Virus record (IMG/VR): IMGVR_UViG_3300023184_000025
Coordinates: 186,001-250,000 of that record
Reading direction: 5' to 3' (one strand)
DNA length: 64,000 nt
Under the pieces are notes generated by a model, which did no database searches, was not told the origin of the DNA, and saw only the letters and a program-made list of their open reading frames with translations. The translations under genes were made by a program, and so were the position numbers. This document shows, piece by piece, positions 27,085-35,632 of the stretch (position 1 is the stretch's first letter; the number at the start of each line of letters is the position of its first letter).

Positions 27085-28541
27085 TTTTTTAAATTCCTAA
27101 AATAATTTCGTAACACCGACATATTAACTTTAAATCCGCTATAATTATCTTTGTGCAATTTAGCATAGTTGTTAAACTGTAAATGTCGAAACTTCTGTCT
27201 CATTGTTAAATTTAGTTTTTCAAATTCAACATCGCCGCTCCAGACAGCAAGATACAATTTTTGATTTGATGCATCAACGCAAATATCAAAGTCTCCATCA
27301 CAATAAGGAACAACAGTTTCATGTAGTTCAGGGATTGTAAAATATATTTCGTTGATTCTAAATAAATTTTCTCGACCCTTGTGTATGTAACCTGTGATGT
27401 TATCTCCAATTAGCGTATCTTCGACAACTATATCTTTGATATCAATTGACTTAGCAGTGACAGAAATCCTATTCTCTACACTGGAGATTGTAAAAAAATC
27501 TCCATCTGTCGGTGGATACCAATCAGGGCGATAGTTGGAAAGATCTTGATCTTTTTTAATGTGCTTGACAAATAACGGCCCAAATGTTTCGTTAGTTCCA
27601 AATAAACTTACAATATTTTGAATGTTTGTTTTGTTGGCCAGTGTAATATACTCAGGCTTTACGTGAAACCCTCCCACAATAAAATCAACATTGTGATCAA
27701 ACTGAATATTTTTATTAGTCATAGATAATAAAATTTCATCCAATAGTCCTTTGTATGACAATGCAATTTTGCTAATTTTTTCTTGTCTAACCAGATCAAT
27801 AAACTCATCAATATTATCCCATCTTCCTAAAGGAAAGCTATAATGCTTTGATGATCCTATCATTGCTGGAAGAAAATGAGTCAATAAAATAAAAGAATGA
27901 TGTAGGTTTCTAGTATGACAAACAGAATTGTTACGATACTCCATTACATCAATATTTCGAACAGAAATGCGATAAAGTTGTTTATGCGTATACTTTAATA
28001 TTTTTGGTTCGCCTGTGGTACCGCTAGTAGTTGTTTGAACAAGAACAGAATCGGGCGTGGCAAGAATGTTTGTTGACAGGTGCTTGTATAATTCGTGATC
28101 TTTAATTTTGTAATCAAAAAATATCTTTTCGTTTAGAATTTTTTTACAGTAACGCTTGCCCATTGCAACTATTTTTGGTTGCTCCATATTGATATCATCA
28201 AATATCGCAAGATCAAATAACCCAGACTCTTTAGTCATAACTTCAAGATGTTCAACATATCCAGTGTTGTTGTATGCTTTTTCTGGAGGTGTTATCATTT
28301 CTATTCCAAGTTCTGCAGCCGCAAAAAAAAGACTAGAATATAAGAACCCCACAGTTGAATCATAGATGCACATTGTATTTCCGGAACGCAATCCATAACC
28401 TTCATATAAAACAATTTTCCAAAAATTAATAGCATCATTGAACTTATTAAAGTCATAACTTGTTAATTCTTTAGAATGCAATTCTGCAAATTGGATATTG
28501 GGGTGAATAAAACTTCTGGTAATTAAATCGATATGGTTCAT
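27081..28541 (-). CDS. AMP-binding (ANL superfamily) adenylation-like enzyme
   Basis: A3 loop TTTSGTTGEPK, FGTNETFG, HKGRENLFRIN. Confidence 0.75.
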   Translation of the reverse strand: MNHIDLITRSFIHPNIQFAELHSKELTSYDFNKFNDAINFWKIVLYEGYGLRSGNTMCIYDSTVGFLYSSLFFAAAELGIEMITPPEKAYNNTGYVEHLEVMTKESGLFDLAIFDDINMEQPKIVAMGKRYCKKILNEKIFFDYKIKDHELYKHLSTNILATPDSVLVQTTTSGTTGEPKILKYTHKQLYRISVRNIDVMEYRNNSVCHTRNLHHSFILLTHFLPAMIGSSKHYSFPLGRWDNIDEFIDLVRQEKISKIALSYKGLLDEILLSMTNKNIQFDHNVDFIVGGFHVKPEYITLANKTNIQNIVSLFGTNETFGPLFVKHIKKDQDLSNYRPDWYPPTDGDFFTISSVENRISVTAKSIDIKDIVVEDTLIGDNITGYIHKGRENLFRINEIYFTIPELHETVVPYCDGDFDICVDASNQKLYLAVWSGDVEFEKLNLTMRQKFRHLQFNNYAKLHKDNYSGFKVNMSVLRNYFRNLKK

Positions 28542-28542
28542 A

Positions 28543-29559
28543 TTAAAGACTCTGGTAAATGTTCAGCAGTAACTTGGAATCGTAAAATTCAGATTCAATG
28601 TCAGTGATCTGCTGTGTGACAATTTGATCAACACTTTCAAACTTAATTTCACCAGGCGCAAGGTCCAGAGTTAAATCTTGATTTTTAACTGAGATTAGGC
28701 CAATTTCTCTAATGGCATGTTTTTGCATGAACGTTTCTTTGATGAAGTTAGCTTCTTCGTAGCTGATATCAATGTCAAGCTGAATACGCACATGCATGTT
28801 ATCACCAAGCAAGGTGTTATTTTCATCCAGCAGTTCACTGAGTTTGTAAACACGATACCTTGGTTGATTACTCCATGCATGATATTCTACAGGTTTGCCC
28901 CATTCTAAAATAGCACATCCACGTTTGTCATCGCCTGCATCGGCAAAATTATGTGGGAAACAGTTGCCGATGTAATTGATGTTTTGTCTTTTTTGTCTTA
29001 GGTGAAAATGACCGCTGTATACTTCTTCAACACCTGTAAAGTGTTCTGCCTGTAGTTCGCCATGATCAGGCATCTCTACCATGGCATTCATTTTAAAATG
29101 TGGTAATTCAAAATGTCCGAAAACATATTTAGCTGACAGTTTTGAAATGCGCTTGTGATCGTCTCCCACCAACCACGGAGCAATAACTACATCGCCTTGC
29201 TTGAACCAATCGTTGACAATCTGTATGTTGGGTAGATGCTTGGCCCATTCAGCGCCGTGAATGTCTCGCTTGTCTCTGTAGTATAGGTCGTGATTGCCTG
29301 GAATAAAATAAAACTGATCAAATGCTTTGGATAGTTTTTCCAACGCTCGTAGACTAAAGTTTAGGGTCTGTAGATTAATACTGGCTCTGTGATGATGCCA
29401 ATCTCCAAGGAACATGCCAGTTTCACAACCTTGTTCCTTGGCTTTGGCAATAAACCAGTCAATAAAATTTTCACAGTCTTGGTTGTGAGCCAGACTATTT
29501 GACTTTAGTCCAAAATGAATATCAGTACAAATAGCCGTTTTACGAAATAGATTAGTCAT
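28543..29559 (-). CDS. gp47: Recombination endonuclease gp47 (Mre11/SbcD-like)
   Basis: Phosphoesterase motifs TDIHFG, LGDWHH, GNHD, GHFE and SGHFH. Confidence 0.95.
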   Translation of the reverse strand: MTNLFRKTAICTDIHFGLKSNSLAHNQDCENFIDWFIAKAKEQGCETGMFLGDWHHHRASINLQTLNFSLRALEKLSKAFDQFYFIPGNHDLYYRDKRDIHGAEWAKHLPNIQIVNDWFKQGDVVIAPWLVGDDHKRISKLSAKYVFGHFELPHFKMNAMVEMPDHGELQAEHFTGVEEVYSGHFHLRQKRQNINYIGNCFPHNFADAGDDKRGCAILEWGKPVEYHAWSNQPRYRVYKLSELLDENNTLLGDNMHVRIQLDIDISYEEANFIKETFMQKHAIREIGLISVKNQDLTLDLAPGEIKFESVDQIVTQQITDIESEFYDSKLLLNIYQSL

Positions 29560-29571
29560 CTATTGATTATA

Positions 29572-30522
29572 CTACTCATCTTGGCTAGATACAACCAGTT
29601 CGGACAATGCAGCCGTGCCAGCTTCATCTAGACTAGATACAACCGGACCGGACAATGCAGCCATGCCAGCCTTGCCAGAATTTTGTCGAGTCCAACTTGG
29701 GTTTAGTCCGTTGATTTCTAAAATATCATCACGGATGTTCTGCATTTTTTTCTCAATGTTCAAGACACGAGTAAAGCTATTAGTGATAGCGGCAGTATAA
29801 TACGCAAAAGGGTTCTGCGATTTTGATTCATCAAATTGCAGTCCAATTTGACTGAGTTGTAACAGGGCTTGTCCCCGCATTTCTTCGTTGTAGGTGTACC
29901 CACGCCAGTTGCTCCTTGTTGCATATCTTTCACATAACTTCATAAACATTGTGGCCAGCTTACGAGTCATAGTACCGTGATCACGACTGTATTCTCCAGT
30001 TTCAAAATCCCCCTTCCAGTGGCTTCGACCCACAACGTAAGGTATTTTTTGATCTGTGAGTCGATAATGCCAAAACGGTGGAAAATTAACACGAACATGT
30101 GTTGGATCACCCACAGGCTCAACTTCTGCAATTTCATCAGGCACAGAGTCAACTATGTCTTCTTGTAAATCTAAAATATCTTCAAGCTTGCGTTTTTTTT
30201 GCTGGCTTTTTGGAATCTTCTTGGGAGCCATTGGTATGTGATCCCAACAGGTGATTCTGAACACAAGATCAGTATTGGGAATTTTCTTTTGGTCAATGAC
30301 CTCACCTGTTTCACGTTTGATACGATCTGCACGATTTTTACGTGCATCGACTATGGTGCGCTGATTGATCTTGTCTACGCTGGGCAAGATAACATCATAC
30401 TGATGGTCGGTTACTGGATCTAAATAACTACAGTAAGTGTTTTTGCTTAAATGGATTTCTTTTAAAATATCTCTGTTGTTGAGATAGTTAACCTTTGCAG
30501 GGGGTTTAACAATTAAAGTCAT
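29572..30522 (-). CDS. gp55: Late-transcription sigma factor (gp55-like)
   Basis: YLNNRDILKEI, NWRGYTYNEEM and FDESKSQNPFAYYT...SFTRVLNIEKK motifs; adjacent to gp47 as in T4. Confidence 0.88.
   Translation of the reverse strand: MTLIVKPPAKVNYLNNRDILKEIHLSKNTYCSYLDPVTDHQYDVILPSVDKINQRTIVDARKNRADRIKRETGEVIDQKKIPNTDLVFRITCWDHIPMAPKKIPKSQQKKRKLEDILDLQEDIVDSVPDEIAEVEPVGDPTHVRVNFPPFWHYRLTDQKIPYVVGRSHWKGDFETGEYSRDHGTMTRKLATMFMKLCERYATRSNWRGYTYNEEMRGQALLQLSQIGLQFDESKSQNPFAYYTAAITNSFTRVLNIEKKMQNIRDDILEINGLNPSWTRQNSGKAGMAALSGPVVSSLDEAGTAALSELVVSSQDE
29575..29670 (-). repeat. Two-copy 48-nt tandem repeat at the gp55 C-terminus
   Basis: Encodes AGMAALSGPVVSSLDE and AGTAALSELVVSSQDE. Confidence 0.85.
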
Positions 30523-30546
30523 TTTGTTGGTATACTCCTAAGAATG

Positions 30547-30580
30547 TATTTAATTGTAGCACAAATACAACAGTTGTCAA
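30547..30580 (-). promoter_or_regulatory. Overlapping sigma70-type and late promoters for gp55
   Basis: Minus strand TTGACA, 16 nt, TACAAT (with TGn extension), immediately followed by TAAATA (30547-30552). Confidence 0.65.
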
Positions 30581-30591
30581 CCATTATCTTT

Positions 30592-30620
30592 AACTACGCC
30601 GTTTTTATTTACGGTAAATA
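30592..30620. promoter_or_regulatory. Palindromic divergent late promoters with an upstream AACTAC element
   Basis: TATTTA-CGG-TAAATA at 30606-30620; AACTACGCCGTTT at 30592. Confidence 0.6.
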
Positions 30621-30638
30621 TGTTTATAGGATAACAAT

Positions 30639-32399
30639 ATGTCTGACAATCTCATTAATGCCTCTAACAAAGCACAGTTGGCCGCACAACAACAGGCTAA
30701 AGATACCAACTCTTTAAATGCTCAACAGGCCGGGTTGCTTCTTGCCTCTACAAAAGTGCTGGCACAAAGTAGCAATGAGTTTGCCACGATTCCACAAGGT
30801 CTAGCTAACGCAATTGACAACGCAAAAGCAGACCCAGCAGTATGGAATTCGTTTACAACAGAAGAAAAAGCCCAACTATTAGTTGACCGTGAAGATTATT
30901 TAAAACAGGCTGCTACTTTTAGAGAACAATCGGTTGTGATAAACAAGGAAGTTGCGCAGTTAGAAGCTGAACTAACTCAGATGACTTTTAACGGCGAAAA
31001 ACTAGATACTAACATTCAGCTGACCGAAGACACTCTCAGAGCAAATGCGGGTGTTCCTGCAGATTTTACAATATCCTCTGCTAGTACAATTGACGATACG
31101 GCCAGCGAAGCAGATCCTTTGATCCCTCCTCCTTTGGGACAAGTAAACTCAGAGTTTACAGAACTAACTGAGGCTGAAACTGCGGCACTATTTGAATCAG
31201 GGGACCCGGCAGCAGTAGATCAAAATTTTATTGATGCCAACGCAGAACCAGAGAACTTTGATCCTCAAGACGTAGACGAATTTGATGGAATTGATACACA
31301 AATTGCCGCAAACGAAAATGCACTACAAGAACCCGATCAGTTGTCTCCAGATGAAGTCGAAGAGTACCTTGCCACAGTCAACAATGAAGAAGTTGAAAAC
31401 GCAGAACCGGACGCTGTGGATGAATTTGATGGTATCGACGAACAAATTCGTGCAAATGAAAACGCACTCGAAGAACCACCATTGCTGTCACCAGAAGAAG
31501 TTGATGCTGAACTAGATGCTGCCGCGGCCGCAGGTGACCTTGAATTTCCAAATGTTGACCCCAATGATTTTGATGGCGAGCGTGAGTATGCCACACGATC
31601 TCTTGCGCAAAAACAAGCAACACTACAAGCCCAGAGAAAACAGGCCAATGATGGTGATTGGCGTGTAAAACTCAGACTAGCACCAAGTGCCAGTTATTTG
31701 TACAAAGCAGAAGAGCCAGGAATCCTACAACCACTGGCAGTCACAGATGGAGTGGTGTTTCCTTACACTCCACAGATCAACACCAACTACCAGGCCAACT
31801 ATTCAACTTACGATTTAACACACAGCAACTATCGCGGATACTTTTATCAAAACAGCTACGTTGGCGAGATTGCTATACAAGCAACTTTCACAGCACAAGA
31901 CACTTACGAAGCAAATTACCTGCTGGCAGTGATACATTTTTTCCGTAGCGTTACCAAAATGTTCTATGGTCAAGATGCTGAACGAGGGGCACCTCCTCCA
32001 CTGGTATATCTACAAGGTCTGGGCCAATACCAATTTAACCTGGCACCTTGTGTGGTCAGTCAGTTTACATATAATTTACCCACTGATGTTGACTACATTC
32101 GCGCAGGCAGCACAAACATCAACGGCACTGATTTACAGTTTCGCAGAGACAGACAAAACCTGCCAACAAACCCATTTTCATCAGCCTGGCAGAGATTGAC
32201 CACTGCTGGATTGAGCAAAGGCGGATTGTTTAGTCCTCCGGCACCAGCAACTCTGGGCACAGATAGACCAACGTATGTTCCAACCAAAATTGATCTAAGC
32301 CTCACGCTATTGCCAATGCAGAGTAGAGAACAAGTCAGTAAACAGTTTAGTCTCAAGCAATTTGCCAATGGCGATTTACTAAAAGGAGGATTCTGGTAA
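30639..32399 (+). CDS. Baseplate/tail-tube junction protein (gp48/gp54-like C-terminal domain, long acidic N-terminus)
   Basis: FPYTPQI, THSNY, HFFRSVTKMFYG, PPPLVYLQGLG and PCVVSQF tube-fold motifs; first gene of the baseplate operon. Confidence 0.65.
   Translation: MSDNLINASNKAQLAAQQQAKDTNSLNAQQAGLLLASTKVLAQSSNEFATIPQGLANAIDNAKADPAVWNSFTTEEKAQLLVDREDYLKQAATFREQSVVINKEVAQLEAELTQMTFNGEKLDTNIQLTEDTLRANAGVPADFTISSASTIDDTASEADPLIPPPLGQVNSEFTELTEAETAALFESGDPAAVDQNFIDANAEPENFDPQDVDEFDGIDTQIAANENALQEPDQLSPDEVEEYLATVNNEEVENAEPDAVDEFDGIDEQIRANENALEEPPLLSPEEVDAELDAAAAAGDLEFPNVDPNDFDGEREYATRSLAQKQATLQAQRKQANDGDWRVKLRLAPSASYLYKAEEPGILQPLAVTDGVVFPYTPQINTNYQANYSTYDLTHSNYRGYFYQNSYVGEIAIQATFTAQDTYEANYLLAVIHFFRSVTKMFYGQDAERGAPPPLVYLQGLGQYQFNLAPCVVSQFTYNLPTDVDYIRAGSTNINGTDLQFRRDRQNLPTNPFSSAWQRLTTAGLSKGGLFSPPAPATLGTDRPTYVPTKIDLSLTLLPMQSREQVSKQFSLKQFANGDLLKGGFW
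31238..31512 (+). repeat. Imperfect intragenic direct repeat (two acidic units)
   Basis: VDEFDGIDTQIAANENALQEPDQLSPDEV versus VDEFDGIDEQIRANENALEEPPLLSPEEV. Confidence 0.75.
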
Positions 32400-32698
32400 T
32401 GGCTGTTTACGACGCAACCAGTCCGTACTTTAACACAAAGTATACGCAATTCTATCTGGACATGATGGCTAATAGATCATTGCCAAAAGAAAATGACGAC
32501 AAACTATTTCGCATAAATCAAACATATCAGTACAGACCAGATTTGCTGGCCTTTGACTTGTATGAAAACGCTGGCCTTTGGTGGGTTTTCTATCAACGTA
32601 ACCCAAACACACTACAAGCCCCACCCTGGGACTTTGAAGCAGGAAAAAAGATTTACGTTCCTAAAATTACTACCTTACGTGCCGCACTAGGATTTTAA
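32399..32698 (+). CDS. gp53: Baseplate wedge protein gp53-like (LysM-like)
   Basis: YRPDLLAFDLY...LWWVF...N motif. Confidence 0.8.
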   Translation: MAVYDATSPYFNTKYTQFYLDMMANRSLPKENDDKLFRINQTYQYRPDLLAFDLYENAGLWWVFYQRNPNTLQAPPWDFEAGKKIYVPKITTLRAALGF

Positions 32699-35632
32699 AT
32701 GGCAACTATACCACCAGACGATGGTCCGGATAGCGCCGGACAAATTATTATTAATGCACAAGTCGCACAAGACGACGGCGCCAACTTTACTCAACCTAAC
32801 ACAACTGTCAGTTACCTAAACAATGAAGGGGAAATTGTTCCAGGGCCAGAAGATCTAACAGATACCAATGCTGACAGTTACAATGATGACGCAGACTTTG
32901 GCACTGATGCTAACACCAGAGAAATAAGCGACACCCAGACTATACCTCCTCCCACTGCTGAACCTTCCATGCCTGAAGAAGGGTTACAAGGAGAAAACAA
33001 CGAGGAAGCAGCCAATGGCACACTTGCTGAAGACATAGCAGGCCGTCCAGTACCGTCAAGATCATTAGGACCATTTGCTGCCGGTGACGACCAAACAAAC
33101 CCAACACGAGCAACACTAAACAATTTATTTGGCGCCAATAAAATTACACCCAAGCCCAACGAACTCAGTAAGTTTGTTTCTTATACTTATAGTATCAGCA
33201 TGTATCTTCTGGGTCCTGACGAGTTTAAAAATATGGTGCGCACCAAGCGTAAAACAGTTCCCGGTCACCAACTGCTGATACAAAGTGGAGGAGCACCTGT
33301 GTCATCAGGCCTTACTACCACATCAAGTGTCCCACTGTCTTTTGACGTTGAAGAAATGACCAGTGCATTGTTAAATCCTCAACAGGCATCGCTGGGCAGA
33401 AATCAATTTTTTCCTTTGGATTTTTATATTGAAGACGTAAAGCTTGAGGGCGTGTTAAATGGCAAAGGCACCAACTCTGCACACAATACCACCAAGATGA
33501 TGTTTAAAATTCTTGAACCCAATGGTATCAGTTTACTAGACAATTTATATGCGGCAACTCAACAGTATGTTGGAAAAAAGACCGGCGGCAAACAAAACTA
33601 TTCAGCACAGAACTTTTTAATGGTAATTCGTTTTTATGGTTATGACAGTAACGGAACACTAGTCAAAGGATCAGGTAACAAGAGTCCAGATGGATATACT
33701 GATTCTAATGCCATCATTGAAAAGTTTATTCCTTTTCAGTTTACCGGAATTAAATTTCGTATTGCCAACAAATTAACCGAGTACGAATGCGAAGCAGTTT
33801 GCCCACAAAATTTAATTGCTTCTGGCCAGGCTCGTGGAGTAATACCTTATAATGTTGAATTAACATCAACGTCTTTAAAAGAACTGTTAGTCGGCAATGC
33901 CAGCTACTCAACCATAAATCAAACAGGCGGCACCAATGGTCGTGAGCCAAACTCTGATACTGGCCCTCAATATTCTGCAGGGGCAGGCCGCGGAAGCACA
34001 GCTGGTCTACCACAAGCACAACCCGAAGAAGGTGTAATGGTTGTTGGAGAAAACGGAGTTGAAGGAACCAGCACAGTAAATGCAGGAACTAGCTCAACTC
34101 AAAATTCAGCTCCGCCAAAAGCCAGCGCCGCTCCTAACCCAACTATTGTGTCCGGGCTAGTTAATGCATTAAACAAATACGAACAAGAAAAAGTTAAAAA
34201 AGGAATTTTTGATGTTCCTGACCAATACGAAATTATAATCACTAATTCAATTCTAGAAAGTGCTAAAGTTATCCCGCCCGGTCAAACCAATAAAAAGAAT
34301 ACTCCAATGGTACAAGCAACCACTGCTGATCAACAAGCACTGGGCGAAAAACAAAGTATGAATACCACTGGAAAAACAACCAGTATTCTAGCAGGTAAAA
34401 GCATTGTGCAGTTTATAGATGAAGTGGCAAGAACTAGCAGTTACATCACTGACCAACAGACCAAGATCATTGATCCAGTTACAGACAAAGAAAAACCACA
34501 AGGTGTACCTGGTAAGATCATGGGATGGTATCGCATTGGCCTTGAAGCCACACCAATCAAGTACGACGAAAAACGCCGAGACTATGCTTATAAAATTACC
34601 TACCAACTGAGCCCTTATGCTGTGTCTGATGTTAAAAGTGATTACTTTCCAACTAGTGCATTTAAAGGAACACACAAAAAATACAGCTATTGGTTCACTG
34701 GTGAGAACAACGAAATACTAGATTTTAATCAAGACTACAACTATCTCTATTACATTGTTTCTAACACTAAACAAAAACCACCTACTAGATTAGTTGATTA
34801 TCGTGAATACGAAAAACGTGCATTTCAGCCTCGAAGCAATCAGACTGATCAAGGCATTGAAGGTCGTGTGAATGAACCAGGCGCCAACGCTGCCGATTAC
34901 CTGTATAGTCCAGCTGACCTAAGCAGAGCACGATTAACCATTGTTGGAGACCCAGCATGGATTCAACAAGGAGAATTGTGGTCAGGTGTTGCCGGCCTAA
35001 GATTTAACTACGGACCTTTCCTGGCTGATGGAACTATCAATACAGAGAGTCAAGAAGCATTGTTTGAAGTTTCGTTTAACAAGCCAGTTGACTATAATTT
35101 AAACACAGGTATTATGGATCCAGGTTCACAGAACTACAATGCAAATCGCAGTATTGGACGAGCTGGAGACGCAAGACACAGTTATGTTTACAAAGCAGTT
35201 AAAATTGTCAGTAACTTTAACCGCGGCCGGTTTACACAAGATTTAGAAGGTGTGTTGGTTACGTTTCCTGTGCCTGACGGTCTGGCACAACAGATTGCTG
35301 AACAAAATGCTGAAGCAAACCAGCAGGCAAGATCTACATCAGCAGGAACATCTCGCACAAGAAGTATGTCTGGAGCAAACTCTGAAGAAGTTGACAACTC
35401 AGCAGAAGAGTATGATGACACTTACAATGAGTCAATAAGTGATGACACCGCCGGGGATGAATTGGACACTGGCAGTGAATATTACGATGACCAAGAACCT
35501 GATTATGCCGAAGCAGATCAGCCTCCAGATTCAGGTGGCGAAGATGTAGGTGTACCTCAAGATTTTCAAGCTGAGGAAGAAGACGGAAATGTCACAGAAA
35601 CGCCGTCACAAATTATGGATAGAGAGTACTAA
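32699..35632 (+). CDS. Baseplate hub protein (gp27/GPD-like)
   Basis: Between gp53 and gp5; KILEPNG, LTIVGDPAW and terminal NFNRGRFTQDL motifs; acidic termini. Confidence 0.6.
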   Translation: MATIPPDDGPDSAGQIIINAQVAQDDGANFTQPNTTVSYLNNEGEIVPGPEDLTDTNADSYNDDADFGTDANTREISDTQTIPPPTAEPSMPEEGLQGENNEEAANGTLAEDIAGRPVPSRSLGPFAAGDDQTNPTRATLNNLFGANKITPKPNELSKFVSYTYSISMYLLGPDEFKNMVRTKRKTVPGHQLLIQSGGAPVSSGLTTTSSVPLSFDVEEMTSALLNPQQASLGRNQFFPLDFYIEDVKLEGVLNGKGTNSAHNTTKMMFKILEPNGISLLDNLYAATQQYVGKKTGGKQNYSAQNFLMVIRFYGYDSNGTLVKGSGNKSPDGYTDSNAIIEKFIPFQFTGIKFRIANKLTEYECEAVCPQNLIASGQARGVIPYNVELTSTSLKELLVGNASYSTINQTGGTNGREPNSDTGPQYSAGAGRGSTAGLPQAQPEEGVMVVGENGVEGTSTVNAGTSSTQNSAPPKASAAPNPTIVSGLVNALNKYEQEKVKKGIFDVPDQYEIIITNSILESAKVIPPGQTNKKNTPMVQATTADQQALGEKQSMNTTGKTTSILAGKSIVQFIDEVARTSSYITDQQTKIIDPVTDKEKPQGVPGKIMGWYRIGLEATPIKYDEKRRDYAYKITYQLSPYAVSDVKSDYFPTSAFKGTHKKYSYWFTGENNEILDFNQDYNYLYYIVSNTKQKPPTRLVDYREYEKRAFQPRSNQTDQGIEGRVNEPGANAADYLYSPADLSRARLTIVGDPAWIQQGELWSGVAGLRFNYGPFLADGTINTESQEALFEVSFNKPVDYNLNTGIMDPGSQNYNANRSIGRAGDARHSYVYKAVKIVSNFNRGRFTQDLEGVLVTFPVPDGLAQQIAEQNAEANQQARSTSAGTSRTRSMSGANSEEVDNSAEEYDDTYNESISDDTAGDELDTGSEYYDDQEPDYAEADQPPDSGGEDVGVPQDFQAEEEDGNVTETPSQIMDREY

